A stretch of DNA of 32,000 nt from Xylanibacter ruminicola 23 (GCF_000025925.1 NC_014033.1:1320001-1352000); one strand, 5' to 3'. Positions 18,505 through 24,746 are shown, numbered from the stretch's first letter. Made by a program: numbers and translations. Notes: generated by a model not told the origin, from the sequence alone.

Positions 18505-18842
18505 ACTTGTTTTTATTTTTTTATTCTACAATCCGTGTGCCTGAGGTCGTCAGTCAGCACACACCATTAACCGATAAGTAGAATCTATCAGTCGGGTGAA
18601 TGTTCGAATCTGGCGCCCATCTCAAGGAAAGCCTTCCATGAAGCTGAGCCGGGGTGAATGTTCTTAGTTATTATCATCTATATATCTGTTTTTAATGTTA
18701 TTGTTACACGCAAAGTTAACAACAAGAAATGAATCTTGCAAATTATTAGGGACGTTTTTATTAAAAACATCCCTAAAACCTGCAAATTGTTGTACCCACG
18801 GCCCAATTTTGATGCTAAAAAGCAAGAAAAACGCCATTTTTC

Positions 18843-19215
18843 TTTGATTATTGTCCGCTTTTAACTACCTTTGCAAACGATCGCCGGCACATACCATAGT
18901 GAAAGGCTACGGGTAGGCGAACTCTGTTCGGGAATGGTGCCGGTGTGACTTTTGTGGGTAAATAAATAACAGCATTAGCTGATTATTCGGTACATCTTGA
19001 AACCTAGGAAATTTCACAGATTGAACAACCGATGATTAGTCACTGATGTCTGCGTCGTATGGCGTGGACATGACTTATCTGGTTGTTCGGGCTTTCCTAG
19101 GGCCTCAAGATGTAGATAAGGCGGTTCACGCTTTTTCTATGTCTTGCGGTCCCATTAGTTTAGCCCGTGTAAATCCCGATAAGTCGGCAGTGCTATAAAC
19201 CGAATAATAGCAACT
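18843..19215 (+). promoter_or_regulatory. Promoter plus about 335-nt highly structured 5' leader of the MmeI-like gene
   Basis: TTTG 18843-18846, then a 19-nt spacer, then TACCTTTG 18866-18873. Hairpin 1: GCCGGCAC 18883-18890 with GTGCCGGT 18937-18944, followed by gtgacTTTTg. Hairpin 2 is a 122-nt imperfect hairpin (18992-19113) with more than 30 bp: ACATCTTGA/TCAAGATGT, CCTAGGAAA/TTTCCTAGG, GAACAACC/GGTTGTTC. A long-range 10-bp helix pairs ATTATTCGGT 18982-18991 with ACCGAATAAT 19199-19208 and ends 7 nt before the ATG at 19216. Confidence 0.55.
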
Positions 19216-21987
19216 ATGACCGACAAACAACAGTCAGCCGCCGCTGCAGCCTTTGCTGAGCGGTGGAGAGGCAGAGGGTATGAACGGGGTGAATCACAGT
19301 CATTCTGGATTGACCTCCTGAGCAACGTGTATGGAATCGATACACCTACCAATGGTTTTATCACTTTCGAAGACCATCAGATGGTGGATAGCTCAAACTT
19401 TATCGATGGTCGCATACCATCCACCAAGGTGCTTATCGAACAGAAATCACTGGGTAAGGATTTGCGTAAAGGCATCCACCAAAGCGATGGTTCGCTGCTT
19501 AATCCATTCCAGCAGGCACGCCGCTATGTGGTGAGTCTGCCTGTATCCGAACATCCACGATGGATTGTCACCTGCAACTTCTCAGAGTTTCTGGTTTACG
19601 ATATGGAGCAGCCCAATGGCGAACCCGAACAGATACTACTTGAGAATCTAGGAAAAGAATACTATCGCCTGCAGTTTTTGGTAGATGCAAAGAACGACCA
19701 CCTGCGTAAGGAGATGGAGGTATCGATGCAGGCAGGCGAAATAGTGGGTCGCATCTACGAGGCACTGCTCAAACAATATGATGATAACTCTACCGAGGCC
19801 CTGCGATGGCTAAACATCCTGTGTGTGCGCATCGTATTCTGCTTGTATGCCGAAGATGCAGGAATTTTCAGTCACGACCAATTCCATGATTTTCTGGTAA
19901 CTTACGAGGCCAAGGACCTTCGCCGTGCACTGCGCGATTTGTTCGAGGTTCTAAATACCCCTAAAGAGCAACGCAGCAAATACCTGCAGGCAGAACTGGC
20001 TGCATTCCCATACACTAATGGCGGACTGTTTGCTGAAACCATCGAGATACCGCAGTTTACCGATGAGCTGAAGCAGACACTGCTGCAGAATGCCAGTCTG
20101 GATTTTGACTGGAGCGAAATCTCCCCCACTATATTTGGTGCCGTATTTGAGAGTACGCTCAATCCTGAGACGCGTCGCAGTGGTGGTATGCACTACACCT
20201 CGATAGAGAATATCCATAAGGTTATCGATCCATTGTTCTTGAACGACCTACGTGCTGAACTCGATGAAATATTGGATGAGAAAGTTGAGAAGCAACGCGT
20301 TCGAAAACTCGATGCCTATCAAGACAAGTTAGCATCGCTCACCTTCCTGGATCCTGCCTGCGGCTCAGGTAACTTCCTGACCGAAACCTACCTGAGTTTG
20401 CGCCGATTAGAGAACGAGGCTATCCGTTCTAAATACCACGACCAAACCATGATAGGTGCATTTATGAACCCCATCAAAGTGAGCATCCACCAATTTTATG
20501 GTATCGAGATTAACGACTTTGCTGTAACCGTAGCCACAACAGCTTTATGGATCAGCGAGGCTCAGATGATGGCTGAAACAGAGAAAATAGTAACCTTTGA
20601 AGATAACTTTCTGCCTTTAAAAAGCTACTCAAATATCCACGAAGGCAATGCCCTCCGCACCGATTGGGAAACCGTAGTACCCAAATCCCACCTTACTTAT
20701 ATAATAGGTAACCCACCGTTTGTGGGAGCTAATATAATGAATGATAATCAAAGAGCTGATATAAGGTCCATTTTTGGTAGTAAATGGAAGAACATCGGTG
20801 AAATGGACTATGTAACAGGATGGTACTTGAAGGCAACTCAAATGATGCATGGAACAGATATACGTACGGCTTTAGTTTCGACAAATAGCATATCACAAGG
20901 AGAACAAGTTGCCAATCTATGGAAACCACTCTTTGAAGAAGGTGTTCACATAGACTTTGCCCATCGCACATTTCGCTGGGATAGTGAAGCATCACTTAAA
21001 GCACATGTTCACTGCGTAATTATAGGATTTAGCTGCACGAACGATAAACATACAATGACCATTTACGACAATGCAAAGGAACATAAAGCATCAAACATTA
21101 ATGCATATTTGATGGATGCCCCAAATGTATTTGTCGAGAGTAAGAGCAAACCCTTATGTAGGGTACCTTCTATTCGTAAAGGCAATCAACCTACTGATGG
21201 TGGTAATCTTATAATAGAAGCAGCTGATCTTGAAAACTTTCTTGCTTGTGAACCAAAATCAAGAAAATTTATAAAACGCCTAATTGGATCAAAAGAATAC
21301 ATAAACAATAAAGCAAGATACTGTCTTTGGCTTAAAGAAGCAACACCTGCAGAATTAAGGCAGATGCCAACAGTTCTTAACCGCATAGAAGGCGTGCGGA
21401 AAATGCGAGAATCAAGTAGTGACGAAGCTACTCGCCGTCTTGCCAATTATCCTCACTTATTCCGTGAGACGAACAACCCTGAAACGTACATCGTAGTTCC
21501 CAGCGTCTCTTCTGAGCGTCGTCGTTATGTTCCAATGGGATTTCTTACCAAAGACACCATTCCTACCAACCTCGTTTTAATTATACCTGATGCAACTTTA
21601 TATCATTTCGGTATTCTTGAAAGTAATGTTCATATGGCTTGGATGAGAGCTGTATGTGGACGATTAGAAATGCGATATCGATATTCCAAGGATGTTGTTT
21701 ACAACAACTTCCCCTGGCCTACTCCAACAGAAGAACAAAAAGAAAAGATAGAGCAAACGGCCCAGGCTATCTTAGATGCCCGTGCCCTCTACCCCGACTC
21801 TTCTTTGGCCGACCTCTACGACGAGCTAACCATGCCCGTTGAACTCCGCAAAGCCCACCAAGAGAACGACCGCGCCGTCATGGCAGCTTATGGTTTCCCC
21901 ATCAAGACCACGACCGAAAGCCAGTGTGTAGCCGAGCTGTTCAAACTATATCAAGAACTTACAAACAAAAAACCAATAACGATATGA
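19216..21987 (+). CDS. Type IIL/IIG single-chain restriction-modification enzyme, MmeI family (endonuclease + gamma-class N6-adenine methyltransferase + TRD)
   Basis: 923 aa (MmeI is about 919 aa). The N-terminus AAFAERWRGRGYERGESQSFWIDLL is typical of the family. PD-(D/E)xK-like motif FIDGRIPSTKVLIEQK (D-x10-E-x-K). MTase motif I LDPACGSGNFL lies upstream of motif IV IIGNPPFVG. Long C-terminal TRD/helical region. Confidence 0.85.
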   Translation: MTDKQQSAAAAAFAERWRGRGYERGESQSFWIDLLSNVYGIDTPTNGFITFEDHQMVDSSNFIDGRIPSTKVLIEQKSLGKDLRKGIHQSDGSLLNPFQQARRYVVSLPVSEHPRWIVTCNFSEFLVYDMEQPNGEPEQILLENLGKEYYRLQFLVDAKNDHLRKEMEVSMQAGEIVGRIYEALLKQYDDNSTEALRWLNILCVRIVFCLYAEDAGIFSHDQFHDFLVTYEAKDLRRALRDLFEVLNTPKEQRSKYLQAELAAFPYTNGGLFAETIEIPQFTDELKQTLLQNASLDFDWSEISPTIFGAVFESTLNPETRRSGGMHYTSIENIHKVIDPLFLNDLRAELDEILDEKVEKQRVRKLDAYQDKLASLTFLDPACGSGNFLTETYLSLRRLENEAIRSKYHDQTMIGAFMNPIKVSIHQFYGIEINDFAVTVATTALWISEAQMMAETEKIVTFEDNFLPLKSYSNIHEGNALRTDWETVVPKSHLTYIIGNPPFVGANIMNDNQRADIRSIFGSKWKNIGEMDYVTGWYLKATQMMHGTDIRTALVSTNSISQGEQVANLWKPLFEEGVHIDFAHRTFRWDSEASLKAHVHCVIIGFSCTNDKHTMTIYDNAKEHKASNINAYLMDAPNVFVESKSKPLCRVPSIRKGNQPTDGGNLIIEAADLENFLACEPKSRKFIKRLIGSKEYINNKARYCLWLKEATPAELRQMPTVLNRIEGVRKMRESSSDEATRRLANYPHLFRETNNPETYIVVPSVSSERRRYVPMGFLTKDTIPTNLVLIIPDATLYHFGILESNVHMAWMRAVCGRLEMRYRYSKDVVYNNFPWPTPTEEQKEKIEQTAQAILDARALYPDSSLADLYDELTMPVELRKAHQENDRAVMAAYGFPIKTTTESQCVAELFKLYQELTNKKPITI

Positions 21988-22022
21988 TATAAAGCCATCA
22001 ATAATAAAAAAACAGGAAATTA

Positions 22023-22054
22023 TTTGGAAGTTTCAAAATATCTTCCTATCTTTG
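22023..22054 (+). promoter_or_regulatory. Promoter of sRNA copy A
   Basis: TTTG 22023-22026, 20-nt spacer, TATCTTTG 22047-22054. The spacer contains the palindrome GGAAG (22026-22030) / CTTCC (22042-22046). Confidence 0.7.
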
Positions 22055-22059
22055 CAGCG

Positions 22060-22190
22060 TGAAAGGTGGAACCAAGTAGAGCCACGATGTGCGGAACGGT
22101 GGCATCTGTGTGATGATGAGCAATTCGACCTTGCCGCTTGGTTTCATAAACATAGCGCCCATCACTCAATCGAGGGATGGGCGTTTTCTA
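22060..22190 (+). ncRNA. Structured sRNA, copy A (cloverleaf/tRNA-like hand fold), unclassified family
   Basis: Starts about 6 nt after the -7 box. Ends at a terminator: CGCCCATC 22156-22163 with GATGGGCG 22176-22183, followed by TTTT. About 95% identical over the core to copy B, apart from a variable hairpin and compensatory terminator changes. Closing helix ACCAAGT 22071-22077 with GCTTGGT 22136-22142. Inner hairpins GCCAC/GTGGC (22081-22085 with 22099-22103) and CATC-tgtgt-GATG (22103-22115). A third hairpin, GCAA-TTCGACC-TTGC (22120-22134), has a T-loop-like heptaloop. Confidence 0.65.
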
Positions 22191-22638
22191 TTTTCACATA
22201 TCGCTTTCCATTAAATTCCTTCTTATCTATACGACGTGTTGCCGTAATGAAGTTTACAAGCTTTACCTGTTCGCGATTTACTTTCATTTTATAGTTCGGA
22301 TGAATGATGAATTTGGAAACTTCGTCGGTATAGATGAAGCATTCGCCATCGTAGTATAGATCCATCTTAAATCGGCTTTTGGGAAAACGCACAAGTTCCT
22401 CAGCTGAAACAACCAGTCCCTTGGCACCTTTTGAGGCACGCATGCAATGCTGTAACTGTTTAGCGCTCATATATAATTGCTCGCAAGCCAACTTTATGCC
22501 ATTGTTCTGAGCAAACTGCACCATTCTCTGTTCCACATCACCGATACTAAACGGCTGTATAGCAGAAAAACCTTTCTGCTCTATATCAATCAAAACAGCT
22601 GTGATCTGTTCTTCTATCGTTGGTTTATCTGATTCCAT
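22162..22638 (-). CDS. Hypothetical protein (158 aa), convergent with and overlapping the terminator of sRNA copy A
   Basis: ATG at 22636-22638. Own minus-strand promoter TATCTTTG at 22663-22670. The last 7 sense codons plus the stop lie inside the sRNA terminator hairpin. No family recognised by eye. Confidence 0.6.
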   Translation of the reverse strand: MESDKPTIEEQITAVLIDIEQKGFSAIQPFSIGDVEQRMVQFAQNNGIKLACEQLYMSAKQLQHCMRASKGAKGLVVSAEELVRFPKSRFKMDLYYDGECFIYTDEVSKFIIHPNYKMKVNREQVKLVNFITATRRIDKKEFNGKRYVKIENAHPSIE

Positions 22639-22804
22639 ATACTTTCTTAAGCAAATCGCCTACAAAGATAAGACTTTATTTTAAACCCAACAAGCATATA
22701 GGCAAAAAACAAGAAAAAAATCCACGATGTGCGGTGCTCGTCCCAGACTTCCGAAATATCATCGAAGGTCGCAATAAGTTGGTCTTCTTCATGAGGATCA
22801 CATT

Positions 22805-22845
22805 CCCCCTAAAGCGCATCTCTTTCTTAGGGAATAATGAATAAT
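22805..22845 (+). repeat. Intergenic 40-nt repeat, copy R1 (CCCCC-TAAAGCGCATCT-n-TTCTTAGGGAATAATGAATAA)
   Basis: One of three near-identical copies (22805-22845, 24028-24067, 24506-24545), all in the same orientation. It contains the internal inverted repeat CCCTAA...TTAGGG. Stop codons in R2 and R3 exclude a conserved reading frame. Confidence 0.75.
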
Positions 22846-22847
22846 AA

Positions 22848-22879
22848 AGAAGCAGGGCATTTAACTGCCCTGCTTTCTT
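22848..22879. terminator. Bidirectional terminator hairpin after the 330-aa gene
   Basis: AGAAGCAGGGCA-tttaac-TGCCCTGCTTTCT with T-rich tracts on both strands. It lies 5 nt downstream of the 22884 stop. A homologous hairpin is at 24071-24102. Confidence 0.7.
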
Positions 22880-22883
22880 GTTA

Positions 22884-23876
22884 TTATTTATCTTCACCAT
22901 GCAACCACTGCCACTTCCATGTTGCCATACGTTCCAAATCAGGTGAGAACTGGATGATATTGCCATCGCGAGAAACATAGCCTAAATCAATAGCCAATTG
23001 CAAATCTTTATCGTAATCATTATAGCTTTCCCATCTAGCTTTCTTCATAGCCATCACAAAGTCGTCGTAAAAACAGCGACCTTTTCCTATCTTTTCCAAA
23101 CAACATAACAGGTGATAAACAAGTTTGCCATTTTCCCCGCTCTCAACATAGTTGCCATAAAGCTTCGCCAACTCAATTAGTTCGTTAACCTGCAGCTGAT
23201 AGTCGGCATACCCGTCTTTCAGCTTGATATTCTCAAAGGTAACACCAACTTCATCCCAATTATTAATCTGACGCCATAATCCACTTAAAACTTCTCGTGG
23301 AGATATTATTAATTCGTCACTATTCCATATATTTACTTTCAAAGCAATATCTTTTCTAACCTCCAAATAATAACTTTTGCTATCATTATCGCCATAATAA
23401 CATTTGATATCGCCTTCAACTTCCTTCATCTTGCAGTTATCGGCTAGATTAATTTTTAATCCTGTCATCATTATTCTTTTAATAATGCTCTTCATTGGCA
23501 GATATCCATCAGAGCAGAACAAATCCATCCATCCAATCTTGACTAATTTGTCCTTCCCGATGGTGTCACCAACAAAGCCTAAGAAGATCGGGTCACTTAT
23601 CATAGGCCCCATATCATCAGGTATATAGCAATGCTCAAAGTCAAGCATATATTCATTCGGCATACGGTAAACAGCTTTGCTTTCGAAACACATTTTACCC
23701 TCCTCGTTCACTTTTCCTGTTAGCATAGTACCTATCAACTGCGCAATAGTTGTAAACGGGCCTTCATAAACGAAAGCATAGACCGCATAGGGCTTTTCTG
23801 CGGGTACGTAATGACTCTGATAATTTGCTCCCTGAACCGTAATTGGTCCTGAGTAATGATTGTGAATTTGATCCAT
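22884..23876 (-). CDS. Hypothetical protein (330 aa), possible C-terminal winged-helix
   Basis: ATG at 23874-23876. Minus-strand promoter TACCTTTG at 23926-23933. Terminator directly after the stop. The C-terminal segment KLVYHLLCCLEKIGKGRCFYDDFVMAM...LAIDLGYVSRDGNIIQFSPD looks wHTH-like. The N-terminal domain is not recognised. Confidence 0.6.
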   Translation of the reverse strand: MDQIHNHYSGPITVQGANYQSHYVPAEKPYAVYAFVYEGPFTTIAQLIGTMLTGKVNEEGKMCFESKAVYRMPNEYMLDFEHCYIPDDMGPMISDPIFLGFVGDTIGKDKLVKIGWMDLFCSDGYLPMKSIIKRIMMTGLKINLADNCKMKEVEGDIKCYYGDNDSKSYYLEVRKDIALKVNIWNSDELIISPREVLSGLWRQINNWDEVGVTFENIKLKDGYADYQLQVNELIELAKLYGNYVESGENGKLVYHLLCCLEKIGKGRCFYDDFVMAMKKARWESYNDYDKDLQLAIDLGYVSRDGNIIQFSPDLERMATWKWQWLHGEDK

Positions 23877-24027
23877 AATTTGGTTTATTTTTATTTAGTA
23901 ACTTATGTATTTGTAATTGCGCTTGCAAAGGTACTAAAAGTTTTTTAAACTCAGCATTAAATAAGAAAAAATATATCCTAAAATAGGACATGTTTTTTAG
24001 TCACCTACATCTCTTCATTAAGAGCTT

Positions 24028-24067
24028 CCCCCTTAAACACATCTAGTTCTTAGGGAATAATGAATAA
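24028..24067 (+). repeat. Intergenic 40-nt repeat, copy R2
   Basis: CCCCCTTAAACACATCTAGTTCTTAGGGAATAATGAATAA, followed as in R1 by a homologous terminator hairpin. Confidence 0.75.
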
Positions 24068-24070
24068 AAA

Positions 24071-24102
24071 AGAAGCAGGACAGTAAAATACCCTGCTTTC
24101 TT
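24071..24102. terminator. Terminator hairpin homologous to 22848-22879
   Basis: AGAAGCAGGACAgtaaaaTACCCTGCTTTCT, followed by TGTTTT. It lies downstream of the 69-aa gene. Confidence 0.6.
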
Positions 24103-24182
24103 GTTTTATGCTATCGGATGAGGTTTAAATGTTCCATCAGGAAATAGAAAAGAAACATCTACAATATCTCTCTGATGGTATT

Positions 24183-24392
24183 TCATAAATAACGCTCTAT
24201 TGTTTTAGACATACTTTTACGAGAATGACTTAGAAATGCGTTTCTAAGTTCTCTATGCGCTTCCACTTCATCAGGCTTAGGCTCGTAAGGAATATGTTCC
24301 TTTTTAGCGAATAGCCCTGTGGCAAGTAAAGCGGCTAACTTACGCCTTGCTAGAGCGTTGTTTGGATTGTATTCTAATGTTATGGTGCACAT
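24183..24392 (-). CDS. Hypothetical small protein (69 aa)
   Basis: ATG at 24390-24392. MCTITLEYNPNNALARRKLAALLATGLF... resembles small Bacteroidales accessory-region proteins. No assigned function. Confidence 0.5.
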   Translation of the reverse strand: MCTITLEYNPNNALARRKLAALLATGLFAKKEHIPYEPKPDEVEAHRELRNAFLSHSRKSMSKTIERYL

Positions 24393-24505
24393 AATTGTAT
24401 GTATTATTTGAATTTGGGTGCTAATATAAGGATTTATTTTATATAAACAAAGTAATTATTCAAAAAAATGACAATAATCGAGAGTTAACCCTCCTGATAG
24501 AAACT

Positions 24506-24545
24506 CCCCCTTAAGCGCATCTTGTTCTTAGGGAATAATGAATAA
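24506..24545 (+). repeat. Intergenic 40-nt repeat, copy R3
   Basis: CCCCCTTAAGCGCATCTTGTTCTTAGGGAATAATGAATAA. It lies directly upstream of the promoter of sRNA copy B. This copy has no terminator hairpin. Confidence 0.75.
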
Positions 24546-24566
24546 AAGCATTTTTCTTTAAAAATA

Positions 24567-24598
24567 TTTGGAACTTTCAGAAAGAGTTCCTATCTTTG
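24567..24598 (+). promoter_or_regulatory. Promoter of sRNA copy B
   Basis: TTTG 24567-24570, 20-nt spacer, TATCTTTG 24591-24598. Spacer palindrome GGAAC (24570-24574) / GTTCC (24586-24590), which is the compensated version of the copy A palindrome. Confidence 0.7.
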
Positions 24599-24603
24599 CA
24601 GCG

Positions 24604-24745
24604 TGAAAGGTGGAACCAAGTAGAGCCACGATGTGCGGAACGGTGGCATGGCTGCAGCAATGCAGAGATGATGAGCAATTCGACCTTGCCGCTTGGTTTC
24701 ATAAGCATAGCGACCATCACTTGTTTGAGTGGTGGTCGTTTTTAT
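24604..24745 (+). ncRNA. Structured sRNA, copy B
   Basis: Same core as copy A (24604-24650 and 24667-24710). The variable arm is replaced by CTGCA-GCAA-TGCAG (24652-24665, with a GNRA loop). Terminator CGACCATCACT 24711-24721 with AGTGGTGGTCG 24728-24738, followed by TTTTT. Confidence 0.65.
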
Positions 24746-24746
24746 T

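Noticed and set aside
18594-18625. tRNA or tRNA fragment suggested by GTTCGAATC
   Set aside because: The flanking bases cannot form a T-stem on either strand, and no acceptor or anticodon arms could be drawn.
18982-19208. Invertible-promoter (inverton) reading of the 10-14-nt inverted repeats flanking about 205 bp upstream of the MmeI-like gene
   Set aside because: I found no TAnnTTTG or TTTG promoter element in either orientation inside the segment, and the only promoter lies outside it. The inverted repeats are short compared with known Bacteroides invertons. An RNA long-range helix seems more likely. Read-orientation analysis of sequencing data could still test this.
22052-22294. Small-protein interpretation of the sRNA loci (track ORFs 22052..22294 and 24610..24840, which share DDEQFDLAAWFHKHS)
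   Set aside because: Both ORFs use non-ATG or internal starts. The 11-nt indel between the copies puts the conserved 5' half in different frames. The single shared ATG (in CCACGATGTGCGG) gives only 8 codons in copy A. Both reading frames also run through the terminator hairpins. The conservation pattern fits RNA, not protein.
24103-24182. 15-codon hydrophobic mini-ORF (MFLFYFLMEHLNLIR) on the minus strand downstream of the 69-aa gene, as a possible type I toxin
   Set aside because: It is too short, has no promoter or conserved partner, and lies inside a 7-bp-stem hairpin (CCATCAG/CTGATGG). There is not enough evidence.
22805-24545. CRISPR array or integron attC sites as an explanation for the three 40-nt repeats
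   Set aside because: The repeat spacing is gene-sized (1.2 kb and 0.5 kb), not 25-50 nt. No cas genes are present. No integron integrase or GTTRRRY core sites are present, and each enclosed gene has its own promoter.
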